A DNA stretch of 59,000 nucleotides, the filler included. It is 5 parts of 5 records of this genome, joined end to end, with 100 filler letters (N's around TTAATTAATTAA, not from the genome) between each part and the next. Parts side by side here need not be neighbours in the genome. Positions count along the whole stretch, not along the records: positions 1 to 18,170 come from SRR31156797_12168; 4 more parts are not named here. The stretch is one strand, 5' to 3'. The translations under genes and the position numbers were made by a program. Below, piece by piece: positions 1 through 10,795 of this stretch (positions within the stretch are counted from its first letter, which is position 1; each line of letters begins with the position of its first letter). Below the pieces are notes generated by a model, which saw nothing but the letters and a program-made list of their open reading frames with translations, did no database searches and was not told where the DNA came from.

Positions 1-86
1 GTAATATGGAGAAAAAACGGACCGTTTCGGGTTAATAAGATCCGAAACAGCCCGCTCAATGCCAAATAAGGACGGAGGTAGACTCT

Positions 87-1718
87 ATGGCTATGGATAT
101 TGTTATCAAGAGCGGCAAAGTGATAAACGGACTGGGAGATCCGGTTCCTTTCCGCCCTTGGGAGTCACTGGATATAGGCATCAAAGACGGACGGATTATC
201 AAATTGGGCCGGATCGAGGAGGAAGGAGAGGTCCGGACCATAAACGCCGATGGGTTGATGGTCTCTCCCGGGATTGTTGACTGCCACAATCATTCCGACG
301 GCTATATCATGGAAAATCCCAAGGCCGAAAGCACGGTTCGACAGGGAATCACCACCATGGCTGTCGGCAATTGCGGAATGTCGGCCGCTCCAATCTATAA
401 CGACTTTCACCCTTCCACTTCCATTCTACCCGGAAAAATAGAATACACATGGACAACCATGAAGGAATACCTGGATAAGATCCGTAACACAGGACTGGCC
501 GTAAACATGATTCCCCTGGTTGGTCATTCCAATATCCGGGCCGCGGGCATGGGCTACAGGACCGGCAAGGCTTCGGCCGAAGAGTTACAGACAATGAAGC
601 GGGTCTTGCAGGAAACCTTTGACGCCGGCGCCTGGGGCATGAGCATAGGCCTGATCTATCCACCCGGATCTTTTTCAGATAAGGAGGAATTGGTCGAACT
701 TCTTAAAGTTGTGGCTGAGAACGGCGGAGTTCATCATGCTCATATACGCGGACAAGGGGAAACCCTTATCGCGGCCGTGCAGGAGGCCATCGACATTTCC
801 GAAGCCGCGGGGGCGCCTTTGCACATCCATCATCATAAGGGCATGGGCGATGCCAATGCTCCCAAAGTAATGGTCACTCTGCAGTTGGTGGAAGAAGCCA
901 TAAGCCGAGGGGGCAATGTATCCCTGGACATGTATCCGTATCAAGCCGGTCAGGGCGGATTGGCCATGTTTCTGCCTCCCTGGGTCCATGACGGCGGCAG
1001 TCCGGCCCTGGTCGAACGTTTAAAAAAATCCGACATGCGGAAGCGGATAAAAATGGAAATGTTGGAGCCTTCTTTAACCCCGGGCTACCAGAGCTATGTG
1101 CGCGACCTTGGATACCCCAAATGTTGGGACCACATAATCATCTGCGAGTGTCAGGCGCCTGAAAACCAGGCGCTGGCCGGCCTGACCATTGCCCAGGCCA
1201 GGCCGGACGGACGGGACGCCTTCAATTTTATTTTCGATCTGCTTGTGACCGAAGGCGGAGACGCGCCCGTGGTTATCCCTGACATAATCGATTTGGACGA
1301 CACATATCTTCAGATAGTCCATCGCCACCCAGCGGCCGTGTTCGGATCGGACGGATATGCACTGGCGCCTTACGGCATTTTAGGACAGGGTAATCCCCAT
1401 CCGCGCAGCTATGGCGCCTTCCCGCGCGTGTTGGGAAACTATGTCCGCGAACGCCGTCTTTTCAGTTGGCATGAAGCCATCCGTAAGATGACCTCCCAAC
1501 CGGCCCGCAATTTGGGCTTGTCGGATCGCGGAGTCATTGCCGAGAAAATGCGTGCGGACATCATGATATTCGATCCCGAGCGCATAATTGATCAGGCGAC
1601 CTTTGACAATCCCCATCAGTATCCCTTGGGAATCAACCAGGTGTTGGTCAACGGCGTGGTTGTAATTGACGAAGACGAGCACACCGGGGAATTGCCCGGC
1701 TTGATACTTGAGCGTTAA
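87..1718 (+). CDS. N-acyl-D-amino-acid deacylase (D-aminoacylase-like amidohydrolase)
   Basis: PGIVDCHNHSD metal motif, QGITTMAVGNCG, GSDG, PHPRSYGAFPRVLG, C-terminal ADIMIFDP; GGAGG RBS. Confidence 0.88.
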   Translation: MAMDIVIKSGKVINGLGDPVPFRPWESLDIGIKDGRIIKLGRIEEEGEVRTINADGLMVSPGIVDCHNHSDGYIMENPKAESTVRQGITTMAVGNCGMSAAPIYNDFHPSTSILPGKIEYTWTTMKEYLDKIRNTGLAVNMIPLVGHSNIRAAGMGYRTGKASAEELQTMKRVLQETFDAGAWGMSIGLIYPPGSFSDKEELVELLKVVAENGGVHHAHIRGQGETLIAAVQEAIDISEAAGAPLHIHHHKGMGDANAPKVMVTLQLVEEAISRGGNVSLDMYPYQAGQGGLAMFLPPWVHDGGSPALVERLKKSDMRKRIKMEMLEPSLTPGYQSYVRDLGYPKCWDHIIICECQAPENQALAGLTIAQARPDGRDAFNFIFDLLVTEGGDAPVVIPDIIDLDDTYLQIVHRHPAAVFGSDGYALAPYGILGQGNPHPRSYGAFPRVLGNYVRERRLFSWHEAIRKMTSQPARNLGLSDRGVIAEKMRADIMIFDPERIIDQATFDNPHQYPLGINQVLVNGVVVIDEDEHTGELPGLILER

Positions 1719-1800
1719 ACCGTTGAACCGTACCTGTGGAAAGACAGTGAAACGGACGAATATATATAGTTTAATTATCAGTGAAGCAAAAAGGAGAGCG

Positions 1801-2793
1801 ATGATGAAAAAGTTAGTTTCAGTTTTGTGCCTGATGTTGATCCTGGCTTGGGCGGCCCCGATGGCTTTGGCGGGTCAGGTTAAATGGGATATGCCCATTG
1901 CCTGGCCCCAAGAGAACTACAACGTGAAAAACGCCAAAATGTTCGCCGAAGCTGTTAAAAAGGCTACTGACGGGCAGGTTAACATCGTTATTCATCCCGG
2001 CGGCGCCCTGGGATACAAGGGACAGGAAATGCTGTCCGTGGTTCGCGACGGCCTGACGCCGATCGGTGAAATGTTGACTTCGCAACTGGTGGGTGAAGAA
2101 TCATTCTTCGGGATCGAGGCGGTCGCCTACCTGGCTCCGGGCTCCACACAGTTGAGGCTGCTGCAATTATTCTCCAGGCCTGTATATGACAAACTGGCTA
2201 AAAAGCACAATCAAAAGATCCTGTACATGTGCCCCTGGCCCGGCCAGAAAGTCTATACCAAAAAAGAAATCAAAACCCTGGATGATCTGAAAGGTCTTAA
2301 AATCAGGACCGTGGACAAGAACAGTTCCGACTTTTTTAAATCTCTTGGCGCTTCTCCGGTTCAGATGCCTTGGGGCGAGGTCGTGCCCGCCCTGGCCACG
2401 GGGGCCATTGACGGCGTGTCCACTTCCAGTTCATCCGGTGTTGACGGTAAATTCTGGGAATTCTTGTCCTTCGCCAGTGAATTCAATTGGCACTGCGCCA
2501 GTGATATGGTCACTGTCAACCTACAGGCCTGGAACAAGTTGACTCCCAAACAGCGGGAAGCTATAGAAACCGTTGCCCGCGAGTTGGAGCCGGTGTTCTG
2601 GTTGAAAGCGGTCCAGGAGGATATAGAATCTTTAAAAACTCTGACCGATAAAGGCCTTAAAGTGACCCAACCCTCGGATACTCTGAAAGTACAATTGGAT
2701 GATAAGGCCCGGGCCATTTGGGAAGGATTCATCAAGAAAAACCCGCAGGCCAAGCCGGTTATCGAAGGTTATCAAACCATTCTGGGCCGTTAG
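1801..2793 (+). CDS. dctP: TRAP transporter substrate-binding protein
   Basis: Signal peptide MMKKLVSVLCLMLILAWAAPMALA after AAGGAG RBS; DLKGLKIRT and PWGEVVPALATGAIDG motifs; start moved from 1708 to ATG 1801. Confidence 0.92.
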   Translation: MMKKLVSVLCLMLILAWAAPMALAGQVKWDMPIAWPQENYNVKNAKMFAEAVKKATDGQVNIVIHPGGALGYKGQEMLSVVRDGLTPIGEMLTSQLVGEESFFGIEAVAYLAPGSTQLRLLQLFSRPVYDKLAKKHNQKILYMCPWPGQKVYTKKEIKTLDDLKGLKIRTVDKNSSDFFKSLGASPVQMPWGEVVPALATGAIDGVSTSSSSGVDGKFWEFLSFASEFNWHCASDMVTVNLQAWNKLTPKQREAIETVARELEPVFWLKAVQEDIESLKTLTDKGLKVTQPSDTLKVQLDDKARAIWEGFIKKNPQAKPVIEGYQTILGR

Positions 2794-2820
2794 TCTGTCG
2801 CGGCGACCAAATCCGCTTCT

Positions 2821-2840
2821 CGGCCGCCTGCGGGCGGCCG
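2821..2840 (+). promoter_or_regulatory. Intergenic GC hairpin after dctP (possible mRNA-stabilising stem-loop)
   Basis: CGGCCGCC-TGCG-GGCGGCCG perfect 8-bp stem without U-tract, between dctP and dctQ. Confidence 0.4.
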
Positions 2841-3009
2841 GGATCGATCAGGCTGCAAAAGGAAACCCGGCAAATTGACTTGGTGAAGCAATCGGCCGGC
2901 CGGGCCGGGAATACATCCACGCCCGGCAGGTCATCGGCCAGAGCGGCGGTTGGGGCCTGCATGGCTGAGCGACTGATCCGGATTTGGCATCAAAAACGGA
3001 AGGACAGTT

Positions 3010-3543
3010 ATGAAAGAAAAAGTTTTAGCCGTTGCGTTCCAGTTGGACCGCATCACCAAGGGGCTGCACGTTGTGGCCGCGGTCTGTATGATCGGTATGG
3101 GATTGCTGACCCTGTCGGAAATCACCGCCCGATCTTTATTCGATCGCAGTCTGCCTTTTGTTTGGGAGGCGGGATCCTACCTGTTGGGGGCGTCCTGGTT
3201 TTTGGCCGCGCCCTATACTTTGCGCACGGACGGACATGTGCGGGTTTCCTTGGTTAACCAGCAACTCGGGGAAAAGGGGAGTCATATCCTTGATATACTG
3301 GCCAGTATGGCCGGCGTGGTTATCACCATTGTCCTGTTTGCATCCCTATTGCAGCTTACCGTGGATTCCATCAAGTTTGATCGCATCTCCTTCACTCCCA
3401 TGCAGACCCCATTGTTCATCCCCCAGGCGGTCCTGACCCTGGGCATGCTATTCATGGCTCTGCAGATGATTATGAGACTGATATTGCTATTGACGGGCAA
3501 CAAGCCGGATATCCCCCATGAAGTAACCACGGACCAAGTGTGA
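3010..3543 (+). CDS. dctQ: TRAP transporter small permease
   Basis: About 4 TM segments, GHVRV motif, lies between dctP and dctM. Confidence 0.9.
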   Translation: MKEKVLAVAFQLDRITKGLHVVAAVCMIGMGLLTLSEITARSLFDRSLPFVWEAGSYLLGASWFLAAPYTLRTDGHVRVSLVNQQLGEKGSHILDILASMAGVVITIVLFASLLQLTVDSIKFDRISFTPMQTPLFIPQAVLTLGMLFMALQMIMRLILLLTGNKPDIPHEVTTDQV

Positions 3544-3553
3544 GGTAAGGACT

Positions 3554-4852
3554 ATGGCAACAATTTACTTGACGGTTTTAATTCTGGCGCTGCTGCTCGG
3601 CGGTTCGGTATGGGTGGCTTTGGCTTTGACAGGGGCCGGCGTCGCAGGACTGTCCATCTTTCACAGCGTCCCCCTTCTCAAGCAAGTGGGTTACAGCGTC
3701 TGGAACACTTCCACCGGGGAGACAATGATCGCCCTGCCTTTGTTCATTCTCATGGCCGAGATACTCTTTAGGACCAAAGTGGCCCAATCCATCTTCACGG
3801 GTCTTACCCCATGGGTTATCAAACTGCCCGGCCGCCTTACCCATGTAAACATTCTGGGTTGTACTTTATTTGCTTCCGTCTCGGGATCTTCGGCGGCCAC
3901 AACCGCGACCATAGGCCGCGTCACTTTAAACGAACTGCAGGACCGGGGATATAAAAAGCAATTATCCATGGGCAGCCTGGCGGGCGCCGGCACGCTGGGT
4001 TTTCTGATACCGCCCAGCACCATGATGATTATTTACGGTGTTTTAGCCGAAGAGTCGATTCTAAAACTGTTCATTGCCGGAGTGATCCCAGGTCTGATTA
4101 TCGCCGGGCTTTACTCTCTTTATATCATTGGTTATTCACTGTTCGACAACAGCGTCTGTCCAAAGGAAAAAACCGATTTCACAATAAAGGAGCGCCTGCA
4201 GAGCCTCGGACAACTGCTCCCGGTGGCTTTCCTGATGTTTCTGATCATTTTTTCGATGTACGGCGGTTATGCTTCACCGACAGAAGCGGCGGCGGTCGGT
4301 GTTTTGGGAAGCTGTATAATAAGCATTATTCAGCGGTCCATGACCTGGCAGGGTTTGAAGAGCGCCCTGATGTCCGCGGCCCGGACCAGTTCCATGGTCG
4401 GCCTGATTGTCATCGGAGCGGTTTTTCTATCGCAAGCCATGGCCCTGCTGGGCATCCCAACGCTATTGGCCAACAAGATCGCGGCCATGAATTTGTCGCC
4501 GCTGGCCCTGATAGCAGTCTTGCTTATCTTTTACATGTTTTTGGGCTGCATAATGGAGGGCATGTCCACGATCGTCATGACCCTGCCTATTACTCTGCCG
4601 CTGATTCTTCAAGCCGGTTACGACAAGATATGGTTCGGCGTTTTTCTGGTGCTGGTTGTGGAAATGGCCCAGATCACACCGCCGATCGGCTTCAACCTGT
4701 TCGTTATACAAGGTTTGACCGGGGAAAGAATCGGCGCGATATCAAAAGCGACTTTACCGTTTTTTATAATAATGGCTTTATTCACTATGTTCATTGCCAT
4801 TTTCCCGGAGGTGGTCACCTATCTGCCCGAGACTATCAAGTTTTCCGGTTAA
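3554..4852 (+). CDS. dctM: TRAP transporter large permease
   Basis: ALPLFILM, SGSSAAT, GTLGFLIPPS, ITPPIGFNLFV motifs. Confidence 0.95.
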   Translation: MATIYLTVLILALLLGGSVWVALALTGAGVAGLSIFHSVPLLKQVGYSVWNTSTGETMIALPLFILMAEILFRTKVAQSIFTGLTPWVIKLPGRLTHVNILGCTLFASVSGSSAATTATIGRVTLNELQDRGYKKQLSMGSLAGAGTLGFLIPPSTMMIIYGVLAEESILKLFIAGVIPGLIIAGLYSLYIIGYSLFDNSVCPKEKTDFTIKERLQSLGQLLPVAFLMFLIIFSMYGGYASPTEAAAVGVLGSCIISIIQRSMTWQGLKSALMSAARTSSMVGLIVIGAVFLSQAMALLGIPTLLANKIAAMNLSPLALIAVLLIFYMFLGCIMEGMSTIVMTLPITLPLILQAGYDKIWFGVFLVLVVEMAQITPPIGFNLFVIQGLTGERIGAISKATLPFFIIMALFTMFIAIFPEVVTYLPETIKFSG

Positions 4853-4894
4853 TAAATTTGAACACATAAGTTCCTTATCGTAAACGGAGGAGAA

Positions 4895-6091
4895 ATGACC
4901 AAGTTATCTTCAGCCGCCAGGAATATTACGCCCTCGGCTACGGAAAAAACCTCGTTTCTGGCCAACCAGCTTAAGAGGCAAGGTATTGATATATTAAGTT
5001 TTGCTCAAGGGGAGCCTGATTTCGACACTCCCGAAGTTATTCGGAAAGCCGGTAAAAGGGCAATTGACAACGGCGATACCAGGTACACGGATGTTCCCGG
5101 CATATATGAATTACGGACCGCGGTTGCCGAAAAATTCCGCCGTGAAAACGGCCTTGATTACAGTCCGGAAGAAGTCATTGTATCCAGCGGGGGCAAACAG
5201 GCATTATACGTTCTTTTCAGGTCCATTCTGGATCCGGGAGACGAAGTGCTTTTAGCCGTTCCTTGTTATGTGAGCTATGCCGAACAGATCAAACTGGCCG
5301 GGGGCGCCCCGGTTTTTTTCGAAACAAGGCCGGAAGAATATTTTCGGGCCAAAGCCGCGGATATTGAAAGGGCTTTGACTCCGCGTACGAAAGCTCTTGT
5401 CCTTAATTCGCCGAATAATCCAACCGGAGCAGTTATCAGCCCTGAAGAACTGGAGAAGATCGCGGCCCTGGCCGTGGAAAAGGACCTGTTGGTGGTGGCG
5501 GACGAAGTATACGAACATCTGGTCTATGACGGCGCCCGCCACGTCAGCCTGGCCGCATTGAACCCGGAGATCAAGTCGCGCACAGTGACCGTGAACAGCG
5601 CTTCCAAAACTTTTGCCATGACCGGTTGGCGCATCGGGTACGCGGCCGGCCCGGAAGAAATAATCGCGGCCATGATCGAAATACAGGGGCATGCTTCAGG
5701 TAATGTGGCGGCAATGTGCCAGCGCGCGGCCTTGGCTGCTCTTGAAAGCGACCCGGCCCTGGTCAGCGAAATGGCGGGGGCTTACGCCCGCAGGCGTGAT
5801 TTAATGGTTCAAAGAGTCAATTCACTGGATGGATTGTCCTGCCGCGAACCCGACGGCGCATTTTATGTTTTTGCTTCAACTTCAGGCCTGACGGGACGAA
5901 ATTGGGAGAAAGGCATATTGCAAAACGACCTGGACGTTGCCGAGTTTTTTCTGGAAAAGGCTCATGTGGCCGTGGTTCCCGGTACGGCCTTCGAGTATCC
6001 CGATTACGTTCGTTTTGTTTTTGCCAAGTCAGAAGACGAAATTAACCAGGGTTTTGACCGTATTGCCGCGGCTTTGAAGCAACTGAACTGA
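4895..6091 (+). CDS. Class I/II PLP-dependent aminotransferase (AspC/AspB-like)
   Basis: GEPDFDTP, NSPNNPTG, DEVY, SASKTFAMTGWRIGY PLP-lysine motif. Confidence 0.93.
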   Translation: MTKLSSAARNITPSATEKTSFLANQLKRQGIDILSFAQGEPDFDTPEVIRKAGKRAIDNGDTRYTDVPGIYELRTAVAEKFRRENGLDYSPEEVIVSSGGKQALYVLFRSILDPGDEVLLAVPCYVSYAEQIKLAGGAPVFFETRPEEYFRAKAADIERALTPRTKALVLNSPNNPTGAVISPEELEKIAALAVEKDLLVVADEVYEHLVYDGARHVSLAALNPEIKSRTVTVNSASKTFAMTGWRIGYAAGPEEIIAAMIEIQGHASGNVAAMCQRAALAALESDPALVSEMAGAYARRRDLMVQRVNSLDGLSCREPDGAFYVFASTSGLTGRNWEKGILQNDLDVAEFFLEKAHVAVVPGTAFEYPDYVRFVFAKSEDEINQGFDRIAAALKQLN

Positions 6092-6114
6092 GAGACGGAA
6101 GGAAGGGGAACGCC

Positions 6115-7110
6115 ATGTTGTTAACCAAGGCGAAAAAAATGGCCGGGGCGATGAAGATCGTCCGTATGTGCGCCGACCTGAAACCGCATGAGCGGGTTTT
6201 GGTTTTGACCGATTATGAAACTCTGGAAGTAGGCGAACTGGTGTCCATGGCCGCCATACAGATTGCTTCCGAAACCGCTCTGATGGTTATTGCTCCGACG
6301 AGCGGTCACGGGGCCGAGCCTCCGGCTCAGGCTGCTCAGGCCATGATTGCTTCAGACCTGATCTTGATGCCTTTGAAATTCTCCATGACCCATGCAGCCG
6401 CCGTTAAGGCCGCCCGTAAACAGGGCGCCCGGGTGTTGAGCATGGGGGACTTCAATGCCGGAATGCTGGCTGAAGGAGGCATCGAAGCCGACTTTGATCG
6501 CTTGGCCGATGTAGTGCGTCAGACGGCCGAGTGTTTGGGCAAAGGCAATCAGGCCGAAATTCGCACTCCTGCCGGAACACATCTCACCATGGATATAGCC
6601 GGCCGGCAGGGCTTTGCCGAAGACGGTACGGCACACGAACCGGGCAGCATTGCCGGGCCGCCCAATGTGGAAGCCAACGTCGGACCTCTTGAAGGCACGG
6701 CTTCCGGAGAACTGGTGGTGGACGGCAGCATTCCTCACCCGTTGCTGGGAATAATCACGGAACCGATCCGCCTGACAGTGAACGAGGGCCGAATCACCCG
6801 CATACACGGGGGCGAGCAGGCCCAAATACTAAGCGGTCTGCTGGCGGATTTCGATGATCCCAATGTTTACAACATTGCCGAACTGGGCATTGGATTGAAT
6901 CCCTGTTCCAGTATTACCGGCAGCATGATGGAAGACGAAGGGGCGTATGGAACCTGTCACATCGGCATAGGAGACAACACTTCTTTCGGTGGAAAAGTTA
7001 AGGCCAAGACTCACCTGGACCTGGTCATGCGCCGGGCCGAAGTGGTCATTGACGGAGAATACCAGGAAAAAAACGGAAAACTACAAAACATAAAAATGAT
7101 TGATGAATAG
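6115..7110 (+). CDS. M29/aminopeptidase-T-like metallohydrolase
   Basis: TPAGTHLT, NIAELGIGLNP, EDEGAYGTCHIGIGDN, HLDLV motifs. Confidence 0.75.
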   Translation: MLLTKAKKMAGAMKIVRMCADLKPHERVLVLTDYETLEVGELVSMAAIQIASETALMVIAPTSGHGAEPPAQAAQAMIASDLILMPLKFSMTHAAAVKAARKQGARVLSMGDFNAGMLAEGGIEADFDRLADVVRQTAECLGKGNQAEIRTPAGTHLTMDIAGRQGFAEDGTAHEPGSIAGPPNVEANVGPLEGTASGELVVDGSIPHPLLGIITEPIRLTVNEGRITRIHGGEQAQILSGLLADFDDPNVYNIAELGIGLNPCSSITGSMMEDEGAYGTCHIGIGDNTSFGGKVKAKTHLDLVMRRAEVVIDGEYQEKNGKLQNIKMIDE

Positions 7111-7120
7111 GAATAAAGAT

Positions 7121-8263
7121 ATGAAGTCTCACTCGAGAGTATTAACAGGAACGCATTTCATGCTGGGCAATTTCGCCATGGTCGAAGGCGCCCTGGCCGC
7201 TGGTTGTGATTTCTTTGCCGGCTATCCGATCACTCCGGCCAATGAGATTTCGGAACGCATGTCCGAGAGAATGCCTGAAGTCGGCGGAGCTTTTTTGCAG
7301 GGCGAAGACGAGCTTTGTTCAATCTACGCTTTGTCGGGCGCGTCATTGGCCGGGGCCAGGGCAATGACCGCCACTGCCAGCGCGGGGTACAATTACATGC
7401 AGGAAGGAATCGGTTACGCCGTGGCTTCCGAAATCCCCATGGTCATCGTGGACGTGCAGCGTTGTCGTGGAGAAAATTTCGCCACACAGTCCGATGTCAT
7501 GCAGATGCGCTGGGGAGTCAGCGGCGATCATGAGATGATCGTTCTGGCGCCGTCCTCGGTACAGGAAGCATTTGATTTTACCGTTCGTGCATTCAATCTT
7601 GCGGAAAAATACCGTACTCCGGTTGTGGTCATGTCCGAAACGACCATTGCCTTGATGCGTGAAAAACTGGTCATTCCCGAACAGGACCAGATCGAAATAG
7701 TCAACCGGGTTAAGCCTGATGTCCCCCCGGCCGAATTCGTTCCTTTTCGGGCCGCGGCCGACGGTGTTCCGCCTTTTGCCGATTTAGGCGCAGGCTACCG
7801 CGTTATCCATTCCCTGAATCCCCACGACGAGTACGGCGGCATTGCCTGGGATCCGGATGTTTTTGAAGACTTGTACGACCGGATCACCGGGAAAATACAG
7901 GCCAATTACGATGACATCGTCCAGACCGAAAATTATTTTATGGACGACGCCCGTATCGTACTTGTCGCTTACGGCAGCGAATCCAGGCCCTGCCTGAGCG
8001 CGGCCGAACAAGCGCGTGAAAACGGGATGAAGGTAGGAGTGCTCAAGCTTAACACGGTCTGGCCCGTTCCCGAGCGGGAAATCCGTCAGGCGGCGGAACA
8101 AGCTGACTGTGTACTGGCCGTGGAAATGAACATGGGTAAATATGCCGGCGAGGTTGAACGTTGTTGCGGCGGGCTGACGCGCACCGTAAGGGTGACCAAA
8201 AACCGGGGGTTGATCCATACAACTACTGAAATTTATCAGGCAATAATGGAGGCGGCAAAGTGA
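7121..8263 (+). CDS. 2-oxoacid:ferredoxin oxidoreductase alpha subunit
   Basis: FFAGYPITPANEI, QGEDE, VEMNMG motifs; start could be 7103 or 7121. Confidence 0.92.
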   Translation: MKSHSRVLTGTHFMLGNFAMVEGALAAGCDFFAGYPITPANEISERMSERMPEVGGAFLQGEDELCSIYALSGASLAGARAMTATASAGYNYMQEGIGYAVASEIPMVIVDVQRCRGENFATQSDVMQMRWGVSGDHEMIVLAPSSVQEAFDFTVRAFNLAEKYRTPVVVMSETTIALMREKLVIPEQDQIEIVNRVKPDVPPAEFVPFRAAADGVPPFADLGAGYRVIHSLNPHDEYGGIAWDPDVFEDLYDRITGKIQANYDDIVQTENYFMDDARIVLVAYGSESRPCLSAAEQARENGMKVGVLKLNTVWPVPEREIRQAAEQADCVLAVEMNMGKYAGEVERCCGGLTRTVRVTKNRGLIHTTTEIYQAIMEAAK

Positions 8264-9075
8264 AACCGAATCCCTTACGTAAATATTTAAGAAAAGATTG
8301 TTTACCGCATTTCTTTTGCCCTGGCTGCGGCGCGGCCCAGGTTCTGAATTATTTTGTCCGTGCGGCCGACCAGATAAACCTGGATTTCGACAACCTGGTC
8401 GCCATCGGCGGCGTGGGCTGCGCGGCCAGGATACCGATATATTTGAGCGCGGATGTGCTTCACGGAGTACATGGCCGAACCCTTCCCTGGGCCACGGGCA
8501 TGAAACTTCATAATCCGGATTTGAAAGTTGTCATTTTCGCCGGGGACGGCGATGCCGCGGCCATCGGAGGAAACCACCTCATTCAGGCGGCCCGTCGAAA
8601 TCTTGACGTGACCATGATCGTGGTCAACAACCTGAACTTCGGGATGACCGGAGGCCAGATGGCGCCGACGACAAAGACTGATATGAAAACCACGACCACG
8701 CCCTATGGCAATGCTGAAAAACCCTTTGACCTGTGCAAATTGGCCATGACATCCGGCGCCACGTTTGTCAGCCGCTGGAGCACCGGCAAACCCTTAAAGG
8801 CCGTCAAGGCCATCAAGCAGGCCTTGCAACATAAAGGGTTTTCCATGGTGGAAATTATTACTCAATGCCCCACAAACCTGGGACGTAAAGCTTTATCAAC
8901 CGGGGATCCGGTCAAGATGCTGAATTGGATAAAGAAAAATTCGGTTACTCAAAAGCAGGCGGCGGAAATGTCTCCGGAATTGGCGGATAACTATTTTGTT
9001 CTGGGCGACTTTCTGTCTAAATCCGAACCTGTTTTTCGCGGCAGTTCGATCCGGCCGGTGGAGGAGGACGCTTGA
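8260..9075 (+). CDS. 2-oxoacid:ferredoxin oxidoreductase beta subunit (TPP-binding)
   Basis: FCPGCG, HGVHGR, GDGDAAAIGGNH, FGMTGGQMAPT, QCPT. Confidence 0.94.
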   Translation: MKPNPLRKYLRKDCLPHFFCPGCGAAQVLNYFVRAADQINLDFDNLVAIGGVGCAARIPIYLSADVLHGVHGRTLPWATGMKLHNPDLKVVIFAGDGDAAAIGGNHLIQAARRNLDVTMIVVNNLNFGMTGGQMAPTTKTDMKTTTTPYGNAEKPFDLCKLAMTSGATFVSRWSTGKPLKAVKAIKQALQHKGFSMVEIITQCPTNLGRKALSTGDPVKMLNWIKKNSVTQKQAAEMSPELADNYFVLGDFLSKSEPVFRGSSIRPVEEDA

Positions 9076-9635
9076 TGACCAATAAACAACTCAATATTCA
9101 GTTCTGCGGCTTTGGAGGGCAGGGGATCATCCTGTTAGCCGTGGTATTCGGGACGACGGCCGTGACCAAAGCCGGTTTAAACGCCGTTCAGACTCAATCC
9201 TACGGCTCCGAAGCCCGCGGCGGCGAGTGCCAGGCCGAGGTAATCGTTTCCCCAGACCGGATAGCGTCGCCTTTGGCCGACAGGAAAGACCTGCTGGTGG
9301 CCATGTCTCAATCAGCTCTGGACAAGTATCTTCCCGGGCTGGAAGAGAATGGCTATCTGTTTTATGATCCTGAATTGATCACCAGTCTGGATCGGGACGA
9401 CATTCATGTATATCAGGTTCCGGCAACCAGGATGGCCGGCGACCTGGGGGTTAAACTGGCGGCCAACATGGTGATGCTCGGTTACATGCACCAGGCGCTG
9501 GCTCTAACTTCTGACGACCTTCTTTTGGAAGTGGTCAAGGATAATGTACCGGCCAAGTTCGTGGAAGTTAACCTTGAGGCGGTTAAACAAGGCATGGAAC
9601 TGGCCCGAATGCATAAGGTCCGGCTGGAGGTGTAG
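9075..9635 (+). CDS. 2-oxoacid:ferredoxin oxidoreductase gamma subunit
   Basis: GFGGQGII, TQSYGSEARGG, ANMVMLG; TGATG overlap with beta. Confidence 0.93.
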   Translation: MTNKQLNIQFCGFGGQGIILLAVVFGTTAVTKAGLNAVQTQSYGSEARGGECQAEVIVSPDRIASPLADRKDLLVAMSQSALDKYLPGLEENGYLFYDPELITSLDRDDIHVYQVPATRMAGDLGVKLAANMVMLGYMHQALALTSDDLLLEVVKDNVPAKFVEVNLEAVKQGMELARMHKVRLEV

Positions 9636-9637
9636 GC

Positions 9638-10795
9638 ATGAAGCTTTTGGAATTCCAGGGTAAGCGTCTTCTGGCCGAGGCCGGCGTTCCGACGCCCCGG
9701 GGCTGTTTACTCTTTAAGGCTGACGATGTGAGCGGTATTAAAGAATACCCGGTTTTTCTCAAGGCCCAGGCGCCCGCCGGCAAAAGGGGGAAAGCCGGGG
9801 CGGTTCAGCGGGCGGACGACCAGGAAGAAGCGGCCCTGATTTTGGAAAAACTCTTATCCATGGAAGTAGGGGGCTTCCCGGTCGGATCCGTTCTGGCCGA
9901 AGAAGCCTTCGAAATCGAGCGGGAGTTGTATCTGTCTGTTTTGACGGATAAAAAAGCCGGGCGTCCCCTGGTCGTGACCAGTGCATACGGCGGTATGGAT
10001 ATTGAGGACGCAGCCCGGGAAAATCCGGATAAGGTAGTCAAGATGTATTACGATCCTTTTCTAGGTGTTCAAGACTACCAGGTACGGACCATATGTAAAA
10101 AGATCGGGCTGTCTAAAAATAAGGAGTTTGGCTCCGTTGTGCGGCGCCTTATAGAACTGGCCGAAACCTATGAGGCCGATTTGGTCGAGATCAATCCCCT
10201 GGCGGTCACAAACCGCGGATTGGTTGCGCTGGATGCAAAAATAAACCTGGATGACAAATCGGCTTTCAGACGTCGTGAATTGCATCAGTCTTTGGCGGAG
10301 GAGCAAAAGAATCAGGACCGAAGCAACATATCCCGGGCTGAAAAACTGGCCGGGGAGGCGGGAATGCAGTATGTGCCCCTGGACGGAGACATCGGTTTGA
10401 TTGCTGACGGCGCCGGCACGGGTATGTTGAGCCTGGATCTTATCTCTGATGTGGGCGGCCGTCCGGCCAATTTTTGTGAAATGGGCGGACAGGCGAACGC
10501 CGAATACATGGAGAAGGCATTGAATGTAGTCAGTGCGAATCCACGTGTCAAAGCGGTGCTGGTTAGCCTGATTGGCGGATTAACTCGTATGGATCATCTG
10601 GCTGAAGGCATTGCAGCGTATTTGGATAATAGCTCCTCCGACCTGCCCTTGGTGGTGAGAATGTGCGGGACTAAGGCCGATGTGGGCGTTCCCTTACTGA
10701 AAAGTCGTAATTTGTCAGTGTACGAAGACTTGACCGAGGCTGCCAGCCAAGTGGTTCAAAAGGCCGTGGAGGTGAATCATGGCAGTGCTAATTGA
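9638..10795 (+). CDS. ADP-forming acyl-CoA synthetase beta subunit (SucC-like, divergent)
   Basis: KLLEFQGKRLL, RGKAG, EINPL, ALDAK, PANFCEMGG; ATP-grasp plus ligase-CoA layout. Confidence 0.88.
   Translation: MKLLEFQGKRLLAEAGVPTPRGCLLFKADDVSGIKEYPVFLKAQAPAGKRGKAGAVQRADDQEEAALILEKLLSMEVGGFPVGSVLAEEAFEIERELYLSVLTDKKAGRPLVVTSAYGGMDIEDAARENPDKVVKMYYDPFLGVQDYQVRTICKKIGLSKNKEFGSVVRRLIELAETYEADLVEINPLAVTNRGLVALDAKINLDDKSAFRRRELHQSLAEEQKNQDRSNISRAEKLAGEAGMQYVPLDGDIGLIADGAGTGMLSLDLISDVGGRPANFCEMGGQANAEYMEKALNVVSANPRVKAVLVSLIGGLTRMDHLAEGIAAYLDNSSSDLPLVVRMCGTKADVGVPLLKSRNLSVYEDLTEAASQVVQKAVEVNHGSAN

Noticed and set aside
2718-3257. 179-aa ORF and the many other short overlapping or antisense ORFs in the track
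   Set aside because: They overlap well-supported genes and lack motifs or RBSs; treated as shadow ORFs.
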